A stretch of 64,000 bases of DNA from contig NC_058383.1 in NCBI RefSeq assembly GCF_018350175.1, positions 25,546,001-25,610,000 on the forward strand, written 5' to 3'. Positions 27,664-39,739 of this stretch are shown piece after piece; the stretch's first letter is position 1; each line of letters starts with the position of its first letter. The position numbers and the translations under genes are program-made. A model generated the notes under the pieces. The model was given only the letters and a program-made list of their open reading frames with translations, made no database searches and was not told the origin of the DNA. This DNA comes from Felis catus (taxonomy: Eukaryota).

Positions 27664-28767
27664 CAAAAGACAGGAATTAAGGGCCTACTACCACCATATT
27701 GAGACTTTCTCCTTAACCTAATCAGAAGGATTAATAACAAATTAGAAAGGGAAAAAATTTTTTGCAATGTGCTTCAATGTTACTGAAGCAAAGCCTTTGT
27801 CATCTAACTTGATTCACATTCCCCTTGTTATAAGCACTGTACTTTAGAAGACATTGACCTATTAAACAAGGAGCCTTCAGCACCTTCCTTTAGTGATTTC
27901 CAGCCTTAACTTAAACCTATGGCCTGACTCTACACCCAAATGAATTAAATCAGAACCAAGGGCAATGGGCTCAAGACATCAAAATTTTCTAAAGCCTTCC
28001 CATGTGATTCTGATACAGAGCCAGGCTTGAGAACCACTTGCCTATTTGGTAACACTTGGTTGCCTGTAAGAACTGGCAAATTACAATACAGCTTTCCCAA
28101 ATAATCTTTCATTTGGCTATTTCCCAATTCAGACTTTCCAGAATTGGTTGAGGTTTCACGGTGTGTGTACTTCTTCTCACTGTTGAAGATTAAGGAAACT
28201 GACAAATCACACCCTATACCCCCTTACTCTGAGTGTGGAACCTGCTGAGAAACAGATTCAAGAAACGGACTAGTGGAGATCAATGATCAGTTCTATTACT
28301 AGAAGGGTGGGTTGGAAAACCTGGTTGAATTGAGAGCCAATGGACTTCCTACCCAATCAGTTTATATTTTGGCTCAAACACTCATGAGAGTCTGGAACTG
28401 TATAGAAGACAGTTGCAAGCATAATATCTGTCCCCCAAGGAGAGTCCTATCAGTGAGGACAATTATAGACGGACCTCTAGACCCTCCTCTGCAAGCCACA
28501 CCTGGACCACAACCCAGTTAGGATTCCTGTGTGGAAGGCAGGAGCATGGAAACAATTCCTCCTTTCTGGAGGCCTGAGAAATAGAAAGATAAGGTGGCTT
28601 TCTTACATATATGGTGTTCCTTCTTCCTCTGCTACAAATCAGTCAAGGCCTTCCCTCTCCTTTGGGGGCAGAGTGAAAAAGAAGGGTTGAGAAAAGTTAC
28701 CTTCCAAGTACCTCTGAGAGTAAAATCAACACTTCCTAAACTACGGGTTAAGATAGAACTAACAGAT

Positions 28768-28840
28768 GGAATCTACCCCTGAAATCATTATTGCACAATA
28801 TGCTAATATGGATGTAAATTAAAAAAATAAAAAATAATTA
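28768..28840 (+). mobile_element. tiny L1 3' terminus of the older 3' UTR type
   Basis: GGAATCTACCCCTGAAATCATT...GGATGTAAATT plus A-tail, matching about 26920-26990. Confidence 0.75.
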
Positions 28841-29012
28841 ATTGGATTAGGGGAAAAAAAAACTATTAGAAAGAAAAAATGGGTCTCCCCTATATTCACA
28901 TCCTTATGACCCAGGGAATTTTACAAATGTGGCTCAGTATTTCACAACCCACAAGGAGAAAAACAGTCCGGTGTACTGCACTGTTAAAATACTTAGATAA
29001 AAGGCAAGAAAA

Positions 29013-29235
29013 GGGGCCTGGGTGGCGCAATCGGTTAAGCGTCCGACTTCAGCCAGGTCACGATCTCGCGGTCCGTGAGTTCGAGCCCCGCGTCGGGCTC
29101 TGGGCTGATGGCTCGGAGCCTGGAGCCTGTTTCCGATTCTGTGTCTCCCTCTCTCTCTGCCCCTCCCCCGTTCATGCTCTGTCTCTCTCTGTCCCAAAAA
29201 TAAATAAACGTTGAAAAAAAAAATTAAAAAAAAAA
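29013..29235 (+). mobile_element. young CpG-rich SINEC_Fc
   Basis: Many intact CpGs and a long A-tail. Perfect TSD AAAAGGCAAGAAAAG at 28999-29013 and 29236-29250. Confidence 0.95.
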
Positions 29236-29400
29236 AAAAGGCAAGAAAAGATCCTTCTAATCCTCCAGAGCCTCATGTCCTCAAATTAGGGCTATTGGGT
29301 GCCTCCAAAGGCATAATTCTATCTTCAAGGCCTCAGCCCTGGTCTATCTCTCACTGCCAGCACACAGTTCTCTAAACGCTCTGAAATCAAAAATAATTTT

Positions 29401-29461
29401 TTTAGTTTTTTTAATATTTATTTTTGAAAGAGAGAGAGAGACAGAGTGTGAGCAGGGGAGG

Positions 29462-29503
<42 letters not shown>

Positions 29504-29629
29504 CTGAAGCAGGCTCCAGGCTCTGAACTGTCAGCACAGAGTCCGGCACAGGGTTCGAACTTGTGAACCATGAGATCGTGACCTGAACCAAAGTCAGATG
29601 CTTAACTGACTGAGCCACCCAGGTGCCCC
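29401..29629 (-). mobile_element. Can-SINE (SINEC_Fc type)
   Basis: Antisense SINE with (GA)n. TSD CTGA(A/C)ATCAAAAATAATTTT on both sides. Confidence 0.93.
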
Positions 29630-31385
29630 TGACATCAAAAATAATTTTAATTGACTTTGATTAAAATAAGTATGCCAAATAGCACTTTTAGGAGTGAACA
29701 AAAGTGGTGCCAGTATCAGACACCTTCACAGCACTGCAACCCTCAAAGGCAGCTTCCTAGTGTGCAAGGATGTGGGTCATGCAGATCTAGGTTCAAATCC
29801 TGACTCCACCACTTGCCAGCTACATGACACTAGAAAAGTTACTCCAGTCTCTGAGCTACTGTTACATCATAAGGAAAGTAGGAATAACAATAGTACTGAC
29901 TTGAAAAGGCGGGTGGTAGGAATTATTTGCATGATTTTTTTAAGTGTTTGGAACATACCTGTATTACTAATAAATAGTGCTATGATTATTTAGTTCCCCA
30001 CGATAGGGACAAGAGAACACTGCATATTCCAGAACTTCTCTGGGAAACTGGGTCACCTTTGCAATGACAAGGCCACTCTTGAGAAGAAAGGTTTAGTTAT
30101 GTCATGTTCCAGCTTTCTCTCTTTTTCAAAGTGGAGAAAGCATATCATTCATTGCAATCATCTAGTGACAGTCCCTGGAAAAGACAGAGCATCAAGGATT
30201 TGGAAGACTAGGGGCAGGCCATCAGTCACTCCACAGTCAATTTCAATACCATGAAATGTGGCCTCCAGTTACACCCGAATTCTTTCTCTCAAACCGTATG
30301 CAACCAACACTAATTGCTGGAGTGAAACTTCAGCCTTCAGGATGATGTGATGGCGGCTGCATAAAGGCCACTTGCCCATCTCGTTAGGGTTGCTATCATT
30401 TCGCACCAGTGATGAGAAAAATGGAAATAGTTCCTGCTGGTGGGTGAAGGTTGATACAGGTGACCTGTCCCCAAGATGTCAAGTATGTCTCCAGGGCTCT
30501 GAGAGAGGACACAAATATTCCTCAGCTAGAGACAAGGGCTTCTTGTTATTGCAAATTAATCTTATAAATATCTGATTTTTAAGAGGCTGTAAGGAAATGA
30601 CTCCCTGTGGTTATATGTGTGTCCCTCTTAGTGTATCTGATTTCTGGGGCATGGTGATGTGTTCTGACATCGCTGTCCCTGTGAAGTCTGCAAGGGAAAG
30701 GCCACAGCCATGAGAAGAAAGGACAGGGTTTTCCCCAAGAATGAGGTCATCATAGCATCTGTCATCTGAGGAAGAAGCAGGCCATTGGACAAGGCAAAAG
30801 GAATGGGCTTGGAAAAGTAGGAGAAAGAGTTCAGCTTCTTTGTCTTAACTTGGACAATTTATATGTTTACAAGATGTTTCCTGGGAAGAAGATGCTAAAT
30901 GTGGGGCTTGAAGCCAGAAGAAAAGAGAACTGGGATGGTTCATCTTTCCTGAGATTTCTCTCAATGAGATAGGTCTACCTAGAGGCAATTCTACTTCAAG
31001 TTTGACTGCTTCCTTAAGGTTCTCTTTGCTGGTTTTCTGCTACATCCCATACCTTTAAAATATTCCATCTTATCTTGGTGGAACTGAAATATTAAATGAG
31101 ACTATATCTCCAACCAAGTACAGCACAGCTGTAGGTAGATGTGTAAGCCCCTTCCAAAGAGAAAGGATCATACCTTACAGTGAGAGAGACCCTGCTTAAG
31201 GAAACAGCAATACTTTTGGGAGGTTAACCTCTCCCTTTGGTTTATACATGTGCTGCTAAGGTTATAAAAGGATTTTACTGATGCCATATTATCTTAATCA
31301 GAAAAGGCTAAATGTATAATAATGCAAACGTGCCCCTGCCTCACCATCCTGTAGATATACAAAGAGCTATATTAAAAATGTTCTA

Positions 31386-31595
31386 GGGCACCTGAATGGC
31401 TCAGTTGGTTAAGCGTCCGACTTCGGCTCAGGTCACAATCTCATGGTTTATGGGTTCAAGCCCCGCATCGGGCTCTGTGCTGACAGCTTGGAGCCTGGTG
31501 CCTGCTTCAGATTCTGTCTCCCTCTCTCTGTGCCCCTCCCCCAATTGCACTCTGTCTCTACCGAAAATGAATAAACGTCAAAAAAATTGTTTTTA
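31386..31595 (+). mobile_element. Can-SINE (SINEC_Fc type)
   Basis: tRNA head, GGGTTCAAGCCCC box, CT linker and AATAAA tail. Confidence 0.92.
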
Positions 31596-32481
31596 AAGTT
31601 CTATTAATTATAATCTACCTAGATTTTTCTGTCTTGCCTCTGTGTGTTCCCTTGGGTCCCCCTTTCAATATTTCGAGGAGTCTCTGTGGTCACTTCACAT
31701 GTCCCCAATCTATTAGCTAGTGTGTCCACATGGAGGCCTCCCTGTTCTTCTTCCTCTATTGTCCCAGGTTCTTCTTGTTGATGTCTCCCAAACATGAAGA
31801 ACTTCAGAGGACCTCACTGTTGCCATTACTGACAGAGGCCACCATGAAAAGGCCAACAAAAGCTAGAGCAGGGCCACATTCCAAGCAGAAGTGGGAAATG
31901 GTCTCTCTTCCAGGTCAAGTCACCTGGCATATATTTGGGAAAAAATCATGAAGATTCTAACTATGAGTAGGCAGTAAGCAGTTCACAGAAGAGGAAATCT
32001 GGAAGGTGAATGAATTAATGAATGAATGATGCATACATACATACATACCATGTCCAACTTCACTAAAAATCAGGAATGTGGACATTAAAACATCAACAAT
32101 TTTCATACCTACTGGATTGTCAATAATTAAAAGAAACAGCCTCAAGTGTTGGATGGATATGGAAAAGGCAAATGCCTGTGAAAAGAGAAAAAATGGGTAT
32201 AAGCACTTTGAGGAGAAGCTGGGCAACACAGAGAACAACTGGTGAGCGAGGCATCACCTTACCATCAAATAATTCTATTTCCAGCTGCACACTTCAGGGG
32301 AAAAAATCTCATGCATATGCTCAAAGATATGGGTACCAGCATGTGTATGGCAGCATTGTGGCATTAGCAACAACTTGGAAATAGCCTACATGTCCACCAA
32401 GAAAATGGTCAAATAGATAGGATGCTACATCACAAAGCAAATGAATGAACTAAAGCTACAGGTGTCAAAAATAAACCTCAA

Positions 32482-32709
32482 GGGGCGCCTGGGTGGCTTG
32501 GTCGGTTAAGCGTCCGACTTCGGCTCAGGTCATGATCTCACGGTCCGTGGGTTCGAGCCCCGCGTCGGGCTCTGTGCTGACCGCTCAGAGCCTGGAGCCT
32601 GTTTCAGATTCTGTGTCTCCCTCTTTCTCTGCTCCTCCCCTGTTCATTCTCTGTCTCTCTCTGTCTCAAAAATAAATAAACGTTAAAAAAAATTTAAAAA
32701 AAATAAATA
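32482..32709 (+). mobile_element. Can-SINE (SINEC_Fc type) within an old L1M relic
   Basis: Full head and tail. TSD AATAAACCTCAA at 32470-32481 and 32710-32721. Confidence 0.93.
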
Positions 32710-33036
32710 AATAAACCTCAAAAGAGAATGTTAAAAACTGACATGTATATAAAATATGATTACATTTATTTAAGTTTCCTTGGGTACATACATACATTTA
32801 GAGAAACAGTAAAAATATGAATGGAGATGCTGAATCCCAAATTTTTGATAGTGAATACTTCTTGGACAAAAGAAAGGAAATCCGAAGGAAACAGACACAA
32901 AACAGACTGCAACTGAATGGACTGATGTTTCATTCCTTTAAATAACTCTGAAACAAACAAGGAAAAATGCCAAGATATTATACAGATGAGTATATATACT
33001 CTGCATTTACTGTATTTTATAAGAATGTGGAAGGCA

Positions 33037-34029
33037 CTGCACAGCAAAGGAAACAACCAACAAAACTAAAAGGCAACCAACGGAATGGGAAAAGATATTC
33101 GCAAATGACATATCGGACAAAGGGCTAGTATCCAAAATCTATAAAGAGCTCACCAAACTCCACACCCGAAAAACAAATAACCCAGTGAAGAAATGGGCAG
33201 AAAACATGAATAGACACTTCTCTAAAGAAGACATCCGGATGGCCAACAGGCACATGAAAAGATGTTCAGCGTCGCTCCCTATCAGGGAAATACAAGTCAA
33301 AACCACACTCAGGTATCACCTCACGCCAGTCAGAGTGGCCAAAATGAACAAATCAGGAGACTATAGATGCTGGAGAGGATGCGGAGAAACGGGAACCCTC
33401 TTGCACTGTTGGTGGGAATGCAAATTGGTGCAGCCGCTCTGGAAAGCAGTGTGGAGGTTCCTCAGAAAATTAAAAATAGACCTACCCTATGACCCAGCAA
33501 TAGCACTGCTAGGGATTTATCCAAGGGATACAGGAGTACTGATGCACAGGGCCACTTGTACCCCAATGTTCATAGCAGCACTCTCAACAATAGCCAAATT
33601 ATGGAAAGAGCCTAAATGTCCATCAACTGATGAATGGATAAAGAAACTGTGGTTTATATACACAATGGAATATTACGTGGCAATGAGAAAAAATGAAATA
33701 TGGCCTTTTGTAGCAACGTGGATGGAACTGGAGAGTGTGATGCTAAGTGAAATAAGCCATACAGAGAAAGACAGATACCATATGGTTTCACTCTTATGTG
33801 GATCCTGAGAAACTTAACAGGAACCCATGGGGGAGGGGAAGGAAAAAAAAAAAAAACAGGTTAGAGTGGGAGAGAGCCAAAGCATAAGAGACTCTTAAAA
33901 ACTGAGAACAAACTGAGGGTTGATGGGGGGTGGGAGGGAGGAGAGGGTGGGTGATGGGTATTGAGGAGGGCACCTTTTGGGATGAGCACTGGGTGTTGTA
34001 TGGAAACCAATTTGTCAATAAATTTCATA

Positions 34030-34068
<39 letters not shown>

Positions 34069-34094
34069 AAATTTAAAAAAATTAAAAAAAAAAA
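33037..34094 (+). mobile_element. very young 5'-truncated feline L1 (copy A)
   Basis: Open ORF2 C-terminus ([18 protein letters not shown] zinc knuckle) to the stop at 33808, 3' UTR and (TAAA)n/A tail. Perfect 16-bp TSD AAGAATGTGGAAGGCA at 33021-33036 and 34095-34110. Confidence 0.97.
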
Positions 34095-34099
34095 AAGAA

Positions 34100-34619
34100 T
34101 GTGGAAGGCAAAGTAATCCCCAATGAGTCAAGTCCTTATATAATCTCCTCTCTATGAGTGCAGACAGAACCTGTGACCTGATTCTAACCTACAGAATATG
34201 ACAAAGGTGATAGGATATCACTCTCATTATTATGTTACATTACATGAGGCTTTGCCTTAGCAGACTAGTCTTGCTGGCTTTGACAAATAAGCTGTCATGT
34301 TGTGAGAGAGCCACATGGCAAGGAACTGTGGGTGGCCCTCTAGGACCTAGGCATTGCCCCAAGCTGACACCAAATGAGAAGCACGGCCCTCAGTCATAGA
34401 GCCACAAGGAAATGAATTCTGGCAGCAGCTTGATGAGCTTAGGACTGAATTTTCCCTCAGTCAAGACTCTTGATGTAAATGCCTTCTTAGACCCTAGCAG
34501 AAGAGCCAGGTAAGCTGTACCTGCACTCCTAACCCTCAGAAACTGAGATCATAAATATGTGTTGTTTTAAGCCACTAAATTTTTGGTAATTTGTTACACA
34601 TAAGTAGAAAACTAATACA
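34100..34619 (+). mobile_element. MLT1E/F-like MaLR LTR
   Basis: CCTGTGACCTGATTCTAACC...GCCACATGGCAAGGAACTG...GTTTTAAGCCACTAAATTTTTGGTAATTTGTTAC...AACTAATACA end. Confidence 0.8.
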
Positions 34620-35119
34620 AATAAAATATTCATGAAAAGAAACAGTCAGGAGTTCAAAGGAAAATCATAAAATTGTGATGTCATGATGTTTCAAGAAGAA
34701 GGAAATAATTAGCTAGACAAATGCCCTCAAGGCTAAGTAGGGGACAACCAAGACATTTCCTTACACATAGCAGCTTCAGAGCAGCAGGCAGGTCAGAAGT
34801 CAAGAAGAAGGTGAGGAACTGGAGACAGCTGGCCAAGAAGTTTGTCAGGGAGGAAGACCGAGAGGGAGGGAGTTGCTCACTGCATGGAGGCGTGATGCTG
34901 AAGGAAACTGGTTGGTTTTATTTTTTATAAACTAGGAGAAATTTAAACATGTTGACTTGGTGTCTCACAGGTTTTTTTTTTTGTTCATAATCAGATGGCT
35001 GAATGGATACATCCAGTCTGCACATTAGAATCACCTAGGATAGCCCACAGCCAGTGTATATCCATGCAACAGAATACTACCCAACAACAGAAAGGAACAA
35101 AATACCATTACATTACAAA

Positions 35120-35469
35120 CTGTCCAGTTTCCCAATACCATTTGCTGAAACTTCTTTTTTCCATTGGATATCCTTCCTTGCTTTGTCAAAGATTAGTTGG
35201 CCATACATTTGTGGGTCTATTTCTGGGTTCTCTAGTCTGTTCCATTGATGTATGTGTCTGTTTTTGTGTCAGGACAATACTGTCTTGAGACTACAGCTTT
35301 GTAATACAGCGTGAAGTCTGGAATTGTGAGGCCTCCAGCACTGGTTTTCTTTTTCAACATTACTGGTTCCATACAAATTTTAGAATTGTTTGCTCTAGAT
35401 CTGTGAAGAATGCTGGTGTTATTTTGATAGAGGTTGTACTGAATATGTAGATTGCTTTGGGTAGTATCG
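35120..35469 (-). mobile_element. internal L1 ORF2 fragment without poly-A, flanked by a 69-bp duplication
   Basis: The antisense ORF contains LKKKTSAGGLTIPDFTLYYKAVV. Direct repeats at 35043-35111 and 35482-35550. Confidence 0.85.
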
Positions 35470-35481
35470 GCTACAAAAAAT

Positions 35482-35740
35482 GCCCATAACCACTGTATAT
35501 CCATGCAACAGAATACTACTCAACAATAGAAAGGAACAAAATACCAATACCTGCTACAACATGGATGTACTTCACAAACATGCTAATAAGTGCAGGGAAC
35601 CAGACACAAAAGACTATATACTGTGTGATTTCATTTACATAAAATATTTTTCTAAAGAACAAAGAAAGTCTATAGAGAGAGAAAGTAGATTAATGGTTAC
35701 CTGAGACTGAAGGTAGGAATACAGACTAATTGTAAACTTT
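35482..35740 (+). mobile_element. old L1M 3' relic (host of the duplication)
   Basis: GAATACTACTCAACAATAGAAAGGAAC...ACAACATGGATG...CCAGACACAAAAGACTATATACTGTGTGATT. Confidence 0.7.
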
Positions 35741-36986
35741 TTTTCTTACCACTGTTCCATTAAACAAACTTTCTCATCTTCTATGTCCCAGGTGTTGGCT
35801 TCTGGCAGTCCACCCATCTGCTGAAGTAACCTTCTCTCTCCAGATGATCCTCATGGGTGCATACCTTTTAGGATGACCCCTAGCCAGCTCCCTTCCATGG
35901 TAAGGTTAAGAGCAACCTTGCCTGTGTGACTCCGGGCAATGCAAAGGCAGCCTTATCTCTTCCTCGGCTTCCAGCTTGGCTTGGATTGGAGCTTGTCTTG
36001 GATATTTATGCGTACAACAGGTAACAATTACTTTATTCCTTGAGTTTCAGGGGATATAATTCAACCTTTCCAAGCAGCTATCTTTAAGTTCACTGCCACC
36101 ACCCCCTTCTGCCTCATGGTGGGAAGAGGATGCAGAAATTCATCAATAATCTAAAAACTCTCTGTCTAAAAACACTTCCACTCTTTGGTTTATTCACTCT
36201 ATACTTTCTTCAGCTCCTGGATCAATCTTTAGCCTTCTCCCCATAGTCTGAAGTCTGAGGATGGGCTAATTCTAGAAGATCCAACCTGGGGGCCTGCCAA
36301 AGTCCTCTCAAAAGAATTTAACACCTCACTTTAGAATACAGGGAATTCCTTGCCCCTCCCTATTCCTATCAGCTTTGAGAACTCACCCAAAACTCTGAGA
36401 CATGAAGACAAGCTTCAACCATCCATTTCATCTCACATTGGCCAACCACAGGATCCAGAATGTATGATGACCAAATTGTGATTTGAGTGCATGTGTGTTT
36501 CTTCCAGATAAAAAGCACACATAAATGAATGTGTTACATTGAAGGGAAAGGTGTGCTCAAGGTGTAGACAGATAGCATTAAGGCACTGGATTTTCACCTG
36601 GATATCATTCCACATGGCAGTGCTGTGCTTATCATGCTGAATGGATGTGTGCTGTTATGAAATATCATCATTGCCCAGCTTGCTCATCTAAACACACACT
36701 ACTCCAATGAGACAATGCCCTCACTCACCGAGATCTTTGAATGCAAGCAAAAATCTAAGAGGTGGATGGATCAAAGTGTGACACATCCAGCGTGCAATCC
36801 AGACCTTGAACCATCACTCTATGGTCTGTTCTGGCCTGTGGCCACATTTCTATTCAGACAATGGTTTTAAACATGTGTCAGTTTTAAGCAGCCCATCATT
36901 AATACTTATCTTGAAATATGAACTGGTTCTTCTCTAGCATGGAGTCAGCAAATTTTTTCTGCAAAGGGCCAGATGATAAATAATGC

Positions 36987-37079
36987 TTTAAAGTAATCTC
37001 TACCCTCACCATGGGGCTCAAACTCACAATTCCAAGATCAGAGTCACATGCTTACCGAATGAACTGGCCAAGCACCCCC
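36987..37079 (-). mobile_element. short Can-SINE
   Basis: TAAAGTAATCTCTACCC...GGGGCTCAAACTCACAA...GCACCCC. Confidence 0.8.
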
Positions 37080-37250
37080 TTTTTTTCAAGTAAAGGATAA
37101 TAAATAATATTAACTTGAAGGCCAAACCATCTCTGTCACAGTTACTCAACGTTGCCATTATAGTGCAAAAGCAGACACAGACAATGCATAAACAAATGAA
37201 CATGCATATGTTCCAATAACACTTTATTTGTAAAATCAAGCAGAAGCACA

Positions 37251-37460
37251 GGGCACCTGGGTGGCTCACTCAGTTAAGTGGCAAACTTGCGGTTTCAGCT
37301 CAGGTCAGGATCTCACAGTTCATGGGTTCGAGCCCACAGTGGGCTCTGTGCTCACAGGGTGGATCCTGCTTCAGATCCTGTCTCCCTCTCCCTGCCCCTC
37401 CTCCTCCTTCTCACTCTCTCAAAAATAAATAAATGTTTTAAAACATTAAAAAAAAAAAAA
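37251..37460 (+). mobile_element. Can-SINE
   Basis: GGGCACCTGGGTGGCTCA head, GGGTTCGAGCCC and A-tail. Confidence 0.9.
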
Positions 37461-38109
37461 ACAAGCAGGGCTAGAGGCTATCTATAGTTTGCCAAATGCC
37501 TGCTTTACCAGATTGAACTATTTGTCAAAAGACAGGTAATCGCTCTCAACAAGTATGGGAGATATTTTTTTCAAACAATCTTGTTTCCTTGGAGTCTTCC
37601 TTATCACCCAATAAACTGTCCATTTGTAGGAAAGAACTTCTGAGATACCCAAACAAATGTTGGTGAGGAGTCACTAGAGGAGAGAAACTGAAAATGCTGA
37701 AAAGACTAGGGATAATTGATGGAGTGAAGACCCTGAGAACCCAGGAGGGGATCCAGAGAACAGGTAAGATACCTCTTGAACCACAAAATAAGAAAAGGAG
37801 AGGCTGGATTGGAAAGGGGGACCTCCCCTTTGAATTATGGCTTCCATGACCATCTAGTCAGAGGATAGTAGCTGGCAGGAGGCATGGGAATGGAGAAGGT
37901 CTGAAATTGCCATTACGGATCCCAAACATGAAAGCTGAGCAGGGACATGGGAGGCCTGGGACCAACCACATTAAGGCCTTAATTAACTCATTTAAAAAAT
38001 GAAACAATTCCACATGCCTCACCAGGCAGCAAGATGTGCTAAAACAGCTGGAGAATCTAGGTATTTAAGAGTCCTAAAATGTCCAAGCAAGAAGGGACCT
38101 TAGAAAACA

Positions 38110-38313
38110 GAGCACCTGGGTGGCTCAGTCGGTCAAGCATCCGTCTTTGGCTCAGGTCATGATCTCATGGGTTCATGATTTCAAGCCCCACAACAGGCTC
38201 TGTGCTGACAGCCCAGAGCCTGGAACCTGCTTCAGATTCTCTCTCTCTCTCTGCCCCTCCCCTGCTCACACACTCTCTTTGTTTCTGAAAAATAAATAAA
38301 CATTTTTAAAAGA
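38110..38313 (+). mobile_element. Can-SINE
   Basis: GCACCTGGGTGGCTCAGTCGG head, CT linker and AATAAA tail. Confidence 0.9.
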
Positions 38314-38338
38314 TTTTTTTACAGAAATCATGGAGGTT

Positions 38339-39739
38339 GGCACAAAAACAGACACATAGACCAATGGAATAGAATAGAAACCCCAGAACTAGACCCACAA
38401 ACGTATGGCCAACTCATCTTTGACAAAGCAGGAAAGAACATCCAATGGAAAAAAGACAGCCTCTTTAACAAATGGTGCTGGGAGAACTGGACAGCAACAT
38501 GCAGAAGGTTGAAACTAGACCACTTTCTCACACCATTCACAAAAATAAACTCAAAATGGATAAAGGACCTAAATGTGAGACAGGAAACCATCAAAACCTT
38601 AGAGGAGAAAGCAGGAAAAGACCTTTCTGACCTCAGCCGTAGCAATCTCTTACTCGACACATCCCCAAAGGCAAGGGAATTAAAAGCAAAAGTGAATTAC
38701 TGGGACCTTATGAAGATAAAAAGCTTCTGCACAGCAAAGGAAACAACCAACAAAACTAAAAGGCAACCAACGGAATGGGAAAAGATATTCGCAAATGACA
38801 TATCGGACAAAGGGCTAGTATCCAAAATCTATAAAGAGCTCACCAAACTCCACACCCGAAAAACAAATAACCCAGTGAAGAAATGGGCAGAAAACATGAA
38901 TAGACACTTCTCTAAAGAAGACATCCGGATGGCCAACAGGCACATGAAAAGATGTTCAGCGTCGCTCCCTATCAGGGAAATACAAGTCAAAACCACACTC
39001 AGGTATCACCTCACGCCAGTCAGAGTGGCCAAAATGAACAAATCAGGAGACTATAGATGCTGGAGAGGATGCGGAGAAACGGGAACCCTCTTGCACTGTT
39101 GGTGGGAATGCAAATTGGTGCAGCCGCTCTGGAAAGCAGTGTGGAGGTTCCTCAGAAAATTAAAAATAGACCTACCCTATGACCCAGCAATAGCACTGCT
39201 AGGGATTTATCCAAGGGATACAGGAGTACTGATGCATAGGGCCACTTGTACCCCAATGTTTACAGCAGCACTCTCAACAATAGCCAAATTATGGAAAGAG
39301 CCTAAATGTCCATCAACTGATGAATGGATAAAGAAATTTTGGTTTATATACACAATGGAGTACTACGTGGCAATGAGAAAAAATGAAATATGGCCTTTTG
39401 TAGCAACGTGGATGGAACTGGAGAGTGTGATGCTAAGTGAAATAAGCCATACAGAGAAAGACAGATACCATATGGTTTCACTCTTATGTGGATCCTGAGA
39501 AACTTAACAGGAACCCATGGGGGAGGGGAAGGAAAAAAAAAAAAAAAAAAGAGGTTAGAGTGGAAGAGAGCCAAAGCATAAGAGACTCTTAAAAACTGAG
39601 AACGAACTGAGGGTTGATGGGGGGTGGGAGGGAAGGGAGGGTGGGTGATGGGTATTGAGGAGGGCACCTTTTGGGATGAGCACTGGGTGTTGTATGGAAA
39701 CCAATTTGACAATAAATTTCATATATTAAAAAAAAAAAA
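38339..39739 (+). mobile_element. very young 5'-truncated feline L1 (copy B)
   Basis: ORF2 frame is open from 38338 ([14 protein letters not shown]) to the stop at 39498, then 3' UTR and poly-A. Perfect 16-bp TSD AGAAATCATGGAGGTT at 38323-38338 and 39740-39755. Confidence 0.97.

Larger units (their letters stand above)
36938..37502 (+). mobile_element. MER58A-like hAT element interrupted by two SINEs
   Basis: GTCAGCAAATTTTTTCTGCAAAGGGCCAGAT start, GTTCCAATAACACTTTATTT middle and TAGTTTGCCAA..CCTG end. Confidence 0.75.

Noticed and set aside
29013..29100. tRNA-like A/B-box sequences (here and at every SINE head) as tRNA genes
   Set aside because: They continue into SINE body, CT linker and poly-A with TSDs, so they are Can-SINE heads. 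The recurring MAQSVKRPTSAQ ORFs are SINE translations.
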